64,000 bases of DNA from a bacterium (GTDB lineage Bacteria > Zhuqueibacterota > Zhuqueibacteria > Residuimicrobiales > Krinioviventaceae), in assembly GCA_963674595.2 (NCBI GenBank), contig CAXXFV010000010.1, positions 13,777-77,776 of the forward strand, in the 5' to 3' direction. How positions within the stretch are numbered: position 1 is the first letter of the stretch; the number at the start of each line of letters is the position of its first letter. Below the pieces are notes generated by a model. It was not told the DNA's origin. It saw only the letters and a program-made list of their open reading frames with translations, and did not search any database. The position numbers were made by a program, and so were the translations under genes. This document shows positions 9,704-19,100 of the stretch, piece after piece.

Positions 9704-9946
9704 TTATTTTTTCTTTAACGAATTGACAACACTGATCTCATTTTTAAATAATGTTTCCGGTTTGACAGATTTTTCCTTTACAATCCTTGCTCCTTTGGCC
9801 ACTCCCCCGGCAACGGCAATAGCTGAACCCACTTTGCAAATCCATGGACTTGCTACAGGTCCAATACCGGGAATGAGTGAAACAGCGCCTCCAAGTAAAA
9901 TCACACCCAATCCGGTTAATGTTTTAGGTATTTTTGGAATTTTCAT
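9704..9946 (-). CDS. Small membrane protein, holin candidate
   Basis: Two hydrophobic stretches, basic C-terminus, adjacent to the endolysin. Confidence 0.5.
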   Translation of the reverse strand: MKIPKIPKTLTGLGVILLGGAVSLIPGIGPVASPWICKVGSAIAVAGGVAKGARIVKEKSVKPETLFKNEISVVNSLKKK

Positions 9947-9967
9947 ATTTAAAATTTCCTTTCTAGT

Positions 9968-10369
9968 TTAATCAACTTTCTCAAAATGAACCAAATCCTG
10001 AAAATCCTGGTCCGTCATAACCTCCGCATCCATATCCCAGTTGCCTCCCCATCTTAGCCTGACACCTTCCAGTTCGGCAACAGCCATCACGACACCCGCA
10101 AAATATATACAGTGTGGAATTTGATAAGAAGCCTTTCCGTTTACCCAGGGTGCAACATCAACAGCCTTGCTTGGTTTTCCGTTGTGTTTACCTTTAGGAT
10201 ATTGTACACGGGATTTGTTTTCTTTATAATATTGATTCTGTTTGTTTTCGTCTCTGTAGCCCTCTAAAACAGCGTGGTCAACTATTTGTAGTACTTTTCT
10301 AAAGACCCTTTGTAAATCCGGATCTGCTGTCGATAAACGTTGTTCCGATATAGGTGAATAAAAATACAT
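9968..10369 (-). CDS. Endolysin, M15 family (L-Ala-D-Glu peptidase-like)
   Basis: EGYR...KH...SKAVDVAP...RWGGNWD...DLVHFE motifs. Confidence 0.88.
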   Translation of the reverse strand: MYFYSPISEQRLSTADPDLQRVFRKVLQIVDHAVLEGYRDENKQNQYYKENKSRVQYPKGKHNGKPSKAVDVAPWVNGKASYQIPHCIYFAGVVMAVAELEGVRLRWGGNWDMDAEVMTDQDFQDLVHFEKVD

Positions 10370-10381
10370 TAAGCCTCCATT

Positions 10382-10702
10382 TTACCAGGTGTTTTTTTCA
10401 AAAATAATGGAATCGATATCCTCGTCATCCGGTGTTGAAACCGGTTCTGTTTCATCCTTTAATTTGATTTTAGCTTCTTCATATTGTGAGAGCATTTTAT
10501 CACAAAAATCTCTCATCCTCCTGATGGCTGTATAACCTTTTATATCAATCGTCCGGGTCGGATCGTCTTTGATGCCCTCTTTGGTATCGATTTTAATTCC
10601 GATCTGGATTCTTAAATCATCGGGATTATTCGTGACAATACCGGTAACAACCGGGTAGACATAATACCCATCAAGCTTTAAACCGAGTTTTTTATAATCC
10701 AT
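10382..10702 (-). CDS. Hypothetical phage protein
   Basis: 106-aa ORF in operon, RBS AAGGGAAG. Confidence 0.6.
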   Translation of the reverse strand: MDYKKLGLKLDGYYVYPVVTGIVTNNPDDLRIQIGIKIDTKEGIKDDPTRTIDIKGYTAIRRMRDFCDKMLSQYEEAKIKLKDETEPVSTPDDEDIDSIIFEKNTW

Positions 10703-10725
10703 TATCTTCCCTTTTCAGATAACAC

Positions 10726-11901
10726 TTAATACATTCTCCCGGAGGTCATAATCCGGTTATTAGAGCCTGAAGTCGCCGCAGCAACAAAAATCCCATTACC
10801 ATAAGCAACGGCCCGCCAGGCGTTATCGGCGGCACTGGCGCGGGACGTCCATGTGATACCATCCGTGGAAGTCATAACGCGGTCACCCGTGCCGCTATTG
10901 GCAACGGCAACGAACAGCCCGTTTCCATAGGTAACGGCCCGCCAGGCATTATCGGAAGCACTGGCGCGATATGTCCAGTAAAGACCCTCCGGGGACGTCA
11001 TAACACGGTCACCGGTGCCGGAAGCGGCAACAGCAACAAACATCCCATTACCATAGGTAACAGCGTACCACTGGTTATCAGAAGCACCCATGCGGGAGGT
11101 CCAGGTAATACCGTCCGTAGAAGTCATAACACAGTAAACAGTACCATTGGAAGCAACGGCAACAAACCGCCCGTTACCATAGGCAACAGAACTCCAGTAC
11201 TCATTATCGGCAGCACTGGCGCGGGACGTCCAGGTAATACCATCCGGCGATGTCATAATTTGGTGGCCTGTACCGGTAGTACTCGCAACAGCAACAAACA
11301 ACCCATTACCGTAGGTAACAGAATTCCAGGAAATATCTGCGGCGCTGGTACGGGACGTCCAAGTAATGCCATCGGGGGACGTCATAACACGGTTACCGGT
11401 ACCACTAGCCGCAACAGCAACAAACAGCCCGTTCCCGTAAGCCACAGAGGTCCAGGAATTATCGGCAGCGCTGGTGCGGGACGTCCAGTAAACACCATCC
11501 GTAGATGTCATGACGCGGTTACCAATCCCGGAAGCAGAAACAGCAACAAATATTCCGTTGCCATAGGCTACAGACCGCCAGGTATTATTCTCCGGGTTAT
11601 TACGTGATTCCCATATAATACCCCGGTCAATGAGATAGCCGGTGAGTTCTAAATTTCCTTGCGGGTCTAAATAAAACGTTTGTGCGCCGGTCGAGTTGTA
11701 GACCATAATGGCCCAAACACCATCCATATTTTTTAATACGATCGAACTTGTATCATAGTCTGCGATAGTCGAATGACTTTTTTCATAATTAGAATCAAAC
11801 CACACCTGACCGTATATTCCCCGGTTATGGGTATAGGTAATCTGGCAAAAAGCCGAAACGCTCATCATGACCAAAATCAACAACATTAACCATTTTTTCA
11901 T
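10726..11901 (-). CDS. Beta-propeller repeat protein with signal peptide (tail/receptor-binding module position)
   Basis: ~7 repeats of WTSRxSAADNxWxSVAYGNGxFVAVAxSGTGxRVMTSxDG (Asp-box-like); N-terminus MKKWLMLLILVMMSVSAFC/Q. Confidence 0.8.
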   Translation of the reverse strand: MKKWLMLLILVMMSVSAFCQITYTHNRGIYGQVWFDSNYEKSHSTIADYDTSSIVLKNMDGVWAIMVYNSTGAQTFYLDPQGNLELTGYLIDRGIIWESRNNPENNTWRSVAYGNGIFVAVSASGIGNRVMTSTDGVYWTSRTSAADNSWTSVAYGNGLFVAVAASGTGNRVMTSPDGITWTSRTSAADISWNSVTYGNGLFVAVASTTGTGHQIMTSPDGITWTSRASAADNEYWSSVAYGNGRFVAVASNGTVYCVMTSTDGITWTSRMGASDNQWYAVTYGNGMFVAVAASGTGDRVMTSPEGLYWTYRASASDNAWRAVTYGNGLFVAVANSGTGDRVMTSTDGITWTSRASAADNAWRAVAYGNGIFVAAATSGSNNRIMTSGRMY

Positions 11902-11930
11902 ACTGTATTCCTTCCTGTTAAATAAAAAAG

Positions 11931-12197
11931 TTATGCTCCAACAAAACCAATTAAATCCGGTCCCTGTATTCGACCGATTTTTATTCCATCTTTATATATA
12001 TCATAAGCCAGTTCGGTATCACCATCCGAGTCCGGTTTATATTCCGACAGGCTGGCCAACTGATTGGCATTTATAGCTCCGGTCGGATAAGCCTGATCTG
12101 CCGGCTGATATTGTATTGTGTGAGTTGTGGTGTCCGGTTTCCCGGTTGTTCCGTGTTTCATGCTTATTATCATGTATTCAGCAGCCCATGTGCTCAT
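11931..12197 (-). CDS. Hypothetical tail-module protein
   Basis: 88-aa ORF tightly packed in operon. Confidence 0.6.
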   Translation of the reverse strand: MSTWAAEYMIISMKHGTTGKPDTTTHTIQYQPADQAYPTGAINANQLASLSEYKPDSDGDTELAYDIYKDGIKIGRIQGPDLIGFVGA

Positions 12198-12199
12198 TT

Positions 12200-12628
12200 T
12201 TAAAATCTCCCTAACGGCATAAAATCAAATGTAAATGTGGCCTGGTCCCCGATTGTTTCGTAAAAAGTGACAATAACCGGTTCTACGGCATTGTATTTCC
12301 CCTCTATCATCGGGATTTTAATATTCGGGTCAACCCGGACAATAACGGATTCCTTTGGACGGTCCTTATAGTCCCGGAACAGATTGATGTAATCCGTGAC
12401 GCCTCGTAAGGTTTCAGCGCTCTGGATATAGGAGGAATCATCCGGGTTGAAAAGATACAACGTGTATTTTTTCCACATGGTCCCGGTCAGATAGATTATT
12501 GGCCGTCTGTTTTGTAGTATCTGAATATCATAGGCCTGGTTCTTTTCAATTTCTAATCTCATGGCCGTCTGATCATCGAATAAAAGCGTACCGCCCGGCC
12601 AGGTTAATTTCATCACGTCATAAATCAT
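12200..12628 (-). CDS. Hypothetical tail protein, probable paralogue of 15754-16140
   Basis: DIQILQNRRPIIYLTGTMW...VIVTFYET resembles EIQRNQQGGPVLFFKGQSW...HVLTFLES. Confidence 0.6.
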   Translation of the reverse strand: MIYDVMKLTWPGGTLLFDDQTAMRLEIEKNQAYDIQILQNRRPIIYLTGTMWKKYTLYLFNPDDSSYIQSAETLRGVTDYINLFRDYKDRPKESVIVRVDPNIKIPMIEGKYNAVEPVIVTFYETIGDQATFTFDFMPLGRF

Positions 12629-15600
12629 TTAATCAAATATCCCGTTTTTAACATATCCCAATAATTCGACGTTAAAACCGTCTGACAATTTAAATCCGGA
12701 TAGTCCGATCAGCTCGACATCAAGTTCAAAACCCGGCTGGTCACTGACCACATGTTGCCGGTCACCCAGTCTGGCCAGAGCACCCAAAAGCGTCAGGTTG
12801 TAACGGACCAGTTTTACTCCCCCTTCCCAAAACCTGTATTTGTTTTGAGCGATAAATTGGGCCGGAGTAGATGAATAGAATCCGGGTAAATAAAGTTCTT
12901 TGGTGCGTTTATAACCGTTGCGGATAAATGACGTGTTCTCAGCATTGGTAGCCGGATAGGTCAAGGTGTATAAAAAAGACTCCTTCGCATAATCAAAGCC
13001 ATAATAGACAATGATCTCATTAACAAAATCCAGCTCCTCAATCTGCGGGTCCGGTATTTTTAAGGCATTGTTTGAATTGATTTCCGGCAAGGTTTCTCCG
13101 GCAGGTGAGGCTTTAAAAATGTGGATATGATGAACGCCCCAGTTATCCTGAAACTCAAACCCGTCAAAATGGGCCGAAATCACTTCAAGGGCCTGTAACA
13201 CGTTCATGGCCGTATCAAGCGTCAGGGAAATATTCAAATTGTTGTCATCACAATAGGAGAACTCGTTATCAAAAGTATATTCGAGTTCATTCCCGGTATC
13301 AACGGCAGCACTTTGTTTGAGCTCAACCTGCGCGGCCATGGAATAAGAGTTTGTCAGGGCTGATACACCGATCTGAACATACGGCGGGTAGCTGCTCAGG
13401 GTATCATTGCCCGTACTGATGACAAGGTCCTCTGTTGTAGTCCCTTCGGTAATAGTAAGAGTCGCTCCGGTCTTTAGCAATGTGGGAACATTAACTTTGA
13501 TCTTGATGGCCGTAGCCCCGGAACCGGCCTTCTCATATAAGGTGCCAACGGCTTTATTTCCGAAATAAGAAGATGACCCGATTAAACCGGTTCCTATCTG
13601 ATTGGCTGTTAATAAATCATAAATGGCCTGTACCGGATTTTCATCAACCCATGAAATCCCGGTTAAAAAGGACAGCTTGTAGCCTTCCAGAATCAAACCG
13701 CCCCAGGCAGAAGATGGTATCTGAATAAATCCGGGTAATGTTAAATTTGAGCCTATATTTCCTGTCGAGCTGATACCCGGACCGGAAATGGTATAATCCG
13801 TATCACTGGTAAATTCGATATTCCATCTTCCGACTTTGCAGCCGTCATAAACCGTTACCAAAGTTCGATCCAGTTCACCGGCTCCGAGAACATTAAACGC
13901 CTGTGAATAGGAACCGTTCTCAACAGCCACGGCAGCCACATTGGGAAGAACACTAATATCACTGGATTGAAAGCTCAATACCTGAAACTCAAAACTCTGT
14001 GAGGCTGTGTCACTGTTCGAGTCCGTCACCTGTACGGTAAAATTAAAGGTCCCTGCCTGTGTCGGTGTGCCGGATAAAATGCCGGCAGTGCTCAATGTCA
14101 AACCGTCCGGCAGAATACCACTGATCACCTGAAAGGTGTAACCGCCCTGACCGCCGGATGCTTTTATGGTTGCCGAATAAGCAGCCCCTTTAACGCCGTT
14201 GGTGACAACGCTTGTGGCAATATCCAGAGCGCCTTCATAAAATCTCATGTAATCGAATTTGCATTGAAAATTGGTAATATTCACGGTACAGGCAAAGATA
14301 CCGACATAATCAATGGTCCCGCTTTGCGTTGAGTTACCCATGTGTATCCATGCGTCACCCTCATTGGCCTTGTAATTAAAAGAGAATGTGCCGGAGCTGT
14401 ACCTGATCTTTAAATAAACTGTGTTGCCGCCCGCATAAGTGGTGATATAATCCAAATTTCCGACAGTCGTTCTTTTGGCAAAAATCCGGGTGCTTAAATT
14501 ATCAAAACCAAAAAGCACATAATCTTTTGATGTTGAAAATTTAACCGCAAGCCCGGCCATGATGCCGGTCCAGTCCGTGTAGGAAATCAAATCCACTCTA
14601 CATTCAAGCACCCAATTTGATGTTGTAATCGGGTCGGCAGGTTCGGTAAAATAGACTCTCGGCCCCTGTTCATAACTGGAATCCAGTTTAAAACTGCCGT
14701 CCAACTCAAAGGTCAAATAACCGTCATTCTCACTAAAAGAAACGTCTGCGCTGTTCGGATTAACAAGGTCCAGACCGGTATACCCCTGACTCTCAACCAG
14801 TTCCGTGTTGGCCGGTTCCGGTTCGACCTCAAGGGTGATGAGCTGGTTTTTTGATTCACCATCATCATTGGTCACTTTTAACGTAAACTCGAATGTCCCG
14901 TCCTCAAGCGGTGTGCCGGATATGATCCCGGTTGCTGTGTTTAAGGTGATACCGGAAGGCAATGCACCGGATTCAATCTCCCATTCGTATGGTGGTAAGC
15001 CCCAGCCACCTTCCCATTCAACAGAGTTTTCCAGGGTGCCGTTTGCGCCGACCCGCATGAGTTTTTTATCGGAATCCCTGTCGGCCCCGGCCACATCCAC
15101 ATCAAGGGCCAGTTTGTTTGTATTTGCCAAAATAAGCGTTGTTCTGCCGTCCTGACAAACCGGCGGCGCGATGATCCGGCCACGGTAACAGGAAATCCAT
15201 GTTTCACAACCCACAAACTGCAGTTTGATCAAAAAGTCTTTTTTGGAATAACTCTGCGTATAAACCGGCGTTCCGGCATCATAGGAGTTTACTAAAGTAT
15301 CGATGGGAAGGATTGTCCGGGATAAGGCCGTTCCACTGAAATCATTGACAATGACAACCTCTTGATTTGTGCCGTCATTTATGATTAAAGTTTCTCTCAC
15401 CTGCGGGCTGAATCCTTTTTTAGATGTTACGGTAAAAGAAGACGCCCCGGAACTTACGCCACTGCCCAGCTCACCATATCCCTGGTAAAACAAACCGTTC
15501 GGGTTCAACGGATTTAAAAATCCGTCCGGATCATTTAAAACCATCGTGATCTCCTGTATCATGGTCTGGTCCGAATAGGCGATATCCAGCTCCCGTTCAT

Positions 15601-15754
15601 TAGAGATCGGCGTAACAGACACCACATCATAACGCCCGGACAACTCGACGGCATAACCGTCAGGATCGTATATGACCTTGACACGGGGTTTGGCGCCAGT
15701 CTTTTTTTCAAGAACAGTCTGCAGTTCGGTCGGAAGTTTGGTATACCAGGGCAT
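12629..15754 (-). CDS. Tail tip/hub protein with inserted Ig-like (He_PIG) and lectin-like domains
   Basis: SGALPSGITLNTATGIISGTP and GILPDGLTLSTAGILSGTPTQAGTFNFTVQVTD are He_PIG-type; located downstream of the TMP. Confidence 0.8.
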   Translation of the reverse strand: MPWYTKLPTELQTVLEKKTGAKPRVKVIYDPDGYAVELSGRYDVVSVTPISNERELDIAYSDQTMIQEITMVLNDPDGFLNPLNPNGLFYQGYGELGSGVSSGASSFTVTSKKGFSPQVRETLIINDGTNQEVVIVNDFSGTALSRTILPIDTLVNSYDAGTPVYTQSYSKKDFLIKLQFVGCETWISCYRGRIIAPPVCQDGRTTLILANTNKLALDVDVAGADRDSDKKLMRVGANGTLENSVEWEGGWGLPPYEWEIESGALPSGITLNTATGIISGTPLEDGTFEFTLKVTNDDGESKNQLITLEVEPEPANTELVESQGYTGLDLVNPNSADVSFSENDGYLTFELDGSFKLDSSYEQGPRVYFTEPADPITTSNWVLECRVDLISYTDWTGIMAGLAVKFSTSKDYVLFGFDNLSTRIFAKRTTVGNLDYITTYAGGNTVYLKIRYSSGTFSFNYKANEGDAWIHMGNSTQSGTIDYVGIFACTVNITNFQCKFDYMRFYEGALDIATSVVTNGVKGAAYSATIKASGGQGGYTFQVISGILPDGLTLSTAGILSGTPTQAGTFNFTVQVTDSNSDTASQSFEFQVLSFQSSDISVLPNVAAVAVENGSYSQAFNVLGAGELDRTLVTVYDGCKVGRWNIEFTSDTDYTISGPGISSTGNIGSNLTLPGFIQIPSSAWGGLILEGYKLSFLTGISWVDENPVQAIYDLLTANQIGTGLIGSSSYFGNKAVGTLYEKAGSGATAIKIKVNVPTLLKTGATLTITEGTTTEDLVISTGNDTLSSYPPYVQIGVSALTNSYSMAAQVELKQSAAVDTGNELEYTFDNEFSYCDDNNLNISLTLDTAMNVLQALEVISAHFDGFEFQDNWGVHHIHIFKASPAGETLPEINSNNALKIPDPQIEELDFVNEIIVYYGFDYAKESFLYTLTYPATNAENTSFIRNGYKRTKELYLPGFYSSTPAQFIAQNKYRFWEGGVKLVRYNLTLLGALARLGDRQHVVSDQPGFELDVELIGLSGFKLSDGFNVELLGYVKNGIFD

Positions 15755-16140
15755 TACTTGCTGCTCTCCAGAAAAGTCAATACATGCCGGTTTTTAGCTT
15801 CCCGGTCCCCGTAAAATCTGACCTCTTTAATGCCGCTTGGAATTAATATGACGTTTAGAGATTTTTCCACACCGGCAGAAGCATAGGCATAATAAAGCGT
15901 CATTTCATCTTCTTCATCAATCAGCCGTTGTATTTTGTCCCGTGTAGAGGCCCACTCTTCAATAAAGATTATCGGCATGACGTTCCAGGATTGCCCTTTG
16001 AAAAACAAAACAGGTCCGCCCTGCTGGTTTCTCTGTATCTCAATTTCCTGTTGCGGCTGGTCATCGTGGTTCAGGATTTCTTCTTTGTAAAAATCAACAT
16101 CACCGGATGTTAAGGTAAATTTTATGGCTGTTTCGCTCAT
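15754..16140 (-). CDS. Putative distal tail protein
   Basis: Immediately follows the TMP with overlapping start/stop. Confidence 0.55.
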   Translation of the reverse strand: MSETAIKFTLTSGDVDFYKEEILNHDDQPQQEIEIQRNQQGGPVLFFKGQSWNVMPIIFIEEWASTRDKIQRLIDEEDEMTLYYAYASAGVEKSLNVILIPSGIKEVRFYGDREAKNRHVLTFLESSK

Positions 16141-19100
16141 CGTTTATACGGACTGCTCCCTGCTTTAAAATTTCTGTCTCGTGTTTGAATTCTCGGGTGA
16201 ATGTATTTATCCGTTATTTCAACATAGGTCTGCGGTCCGGCCTCATGGACGATGACATTAACCGGATCGGATTGCCCGATATATTGTACAGGGTCGTTTT
16301 GTTTTTTATCATTAAAAACATCAGGATCAAGAGATGCATTAAACGTTTTTAAACGTTCCGGCCCGAACCGGTCGGTCACTTCCGGCCTTAATACAAACTC
16401 TCTTTTATCTATTTTAGCAAGGGTCTCATTGGGGAACAACAATCCGGTATGTGCGGTCGGATACCCGCCGACATGCAACGTATCACCGCCGCCGCCTTTT
16501 TTATCTCCTCCTATTTGAAGTTGCGGATTTTGTAAATCTTTCAACTGCCTTTTTAAAATTTCTATCTGATCAAGCGCCGCCTGAATGTCAATATCAAGCT
16601 GGAGGTTGATGGCATTCAGATCATTAATATCCTGATTTAAAACGTCAATCTGGTCTTTTGCATCCTGAATATCAGTCGTTATTTTTAAATGTTCCTCTGC
16701 ATATTTCGAATAGAGTTCCTGAATTTTTAAATTAACCGCTTCGACATTGTCCATGGCCGCCTGAACATCAATATTAAATTGCAGGTCATTTTGGGTTATC
16801 TGGTCATATAAATCCTGAATTTCCTGATCTATATTATCAATCCCGTCACCAGCCAGGTCAATATTTAAATCAAGTGCCTTTTCCCTGTCAAGTTCGCCGC
16901 CCATGCTCTCAAACTTTTTAATCAGTTCATCAAGCCCTTTTTTCGCTTCCCTGTAGGCGTCAGAATCCGGATTTAATGTTTTCAAATAATCCTGCATTCT
17001 GAAAATAGCCGCGTTTATCTGCTCGTCCGCCTCTGTGGTATCCAAATCCAGATTAAAATAAAGAATCTGGTCAATGGCTTCGGTTGCCGTTTTTAAATCG
17101 TTTTCAAAGCCTGAATACTCTGAAAACATTTCGTCAACCATTTCACCCCAGGCAATCGTCAACTCGGTTGTTTTTCCGGTCAAATTTTCAATAGCTTTGG
17201 AAATCTCGTAAAAATCCATTTCTTCCATAGCTTTTTTAAATCCGCCCTTGCCGTAATCCATATTTAAGGCAGATTTATACTTTTCTAACTGACCTATTAT
17301 ATCAGACAGACTTTTTTTATCGGCTTCTTTAAGCTGAATATCAAGCGTCAATGCAGAATTTTTGTCATTATGCTCCTGTGATATTCTCGCGACCTCGTTT
17401 TGTGCGTCCTGTAATTCCTGCCGCAGACTTATCAGGTCAGCACTAAACTTGATCGGCAAATCAGCCAACTCTTTTGCTTTTTCTAAAATAAAAGCATTCA
17501 AACCCTTGACCGCATCTTTTTTAGCGGTTATCTGAACTTCAATTTCAGTTTTTTGCTGCTGCATGGCGGCAACAGCCCCGGTATAAGATGCGATCTTTAT
17601 ATTTATGGCATCAATTGTCGCTTTCAAATCATCAGCGGTATTGTTCACCGATGTACTGAGCTGATCCGTTCCATAGGTCATATCATAGATACGCAGTGTC
17701 AAATCATCGATGATTTTTTTCAAATCAGCCCATGCCTGGCTGTTCGGGTCCAGCTCAGACAACTGTTGATTCAATTCACCCATGAACTTTGAAATATCGT
17801 CCTGGTAATCTGAGCCGATTAAATCGATATTAAAATATTCAAGCTGGTCTAACAGTTTGTTGACTGAATTGGCATCTTTGGTCCATTGGTTAAAATCACC
17901 GTTTAATCCGTCAATTGCTTCGGTCCATATTTCCGACCAGGTTTTAACCTTGTCAATATTCTCTTCGAGTTCGTCATTATTCTGGTTTAACTGGTCATTG
18001 ACCCCGGCAATCACGATTCCATGCTGCTCATAATATTGTGTTGCCGTCTCCACTTCGCCACGCATAACCGCCATGGCCGCCTCAGCTTTCCAGATGGATT
18101 CCTGCATGTCAATATAGGCCTGTGTAGTCGGGTCAAGTGTCGCTAAAATCTCTTTGTTTGCCGTTATCGATTCATTTAATAATTCCTGCAATCCGGCGTT
18201 ATCAAAAGCGCTGCCAAAATAATCGGTCATTTCCAAAGCTTTTGAACTCAAATAATCAAGCCCCTCTTTGGCGTTTGAAAAATCAGTATCAAACTGAAAA
18301 GCTTTTGTCAGCCGTTCAATATCTTCAAGCAACTTGTTTATAGCGACGTTCGTTTCATAATACCATTTATTTATCTGGTCTTTTTGTCCTTGAGTAACGG
18401 CATGGTCATACATCGTAGTTAATTCAGCCGCATGTTCCATTAACCCTTTTAAAGCCTTTTGTTTGCCTTCAATCAAAGAGCTTTCAAATTCATTTCCAAA
18501 ATTATCAAGGGCTGCTTGCGCTTCTGTAATTCTGTCTCCGAGTTCCCCCATACGTTCCTTTAATTCATCTGTCGAAATTACTGCAACTTTAGTGGTATTA
18601 TTAAACGCTCCCATTATAAAAGAAAAGGCAGTTGTCGCAATAGTCAATGGGTCAAATCCGGATGTAACAACATTGACCAGGCTTGTAGTAAATTTTTTCA
18701 ATCCGTCATCAACACCAGGGATTTCATTTATAATATCACCTATAAATTTTGCGTAATCAGCAAAGTCTTTACCGCCTTTGTCAGTTTCTTCACTTAATTT
18801 TTTTATGGCTTTTTCTATTTTTGCAGCCTGTGCAGGTGTATGTTCATAATTCATTAAAACAAGTTCAAGCTGTTCGATTTGTTTTTCCCGGGGATCTTCT
18901 AAAAGTTTTTCAGCCGCGGCAACAGCTTCATTCGCATCTCTGTATCCAATAACGGCAAAAGTGGCGTCGTTTGTTGAAAGAGTTATCTTTTTATTACCTT
19001 CATCTATTGTATCCTGATAACCACGAACATCAAACATCATTCCCATTACCGTACTTAATTCAGAACCATAAGCAAAAGTTGAATCTTTTAACGGTATATT

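Noticed and set aside
10740-11600. Tandem ~126-bp repeats as a CRISPR array
   Set aside because: They are in-frame coding repeats with no unique spacers, and no cas genes are present.
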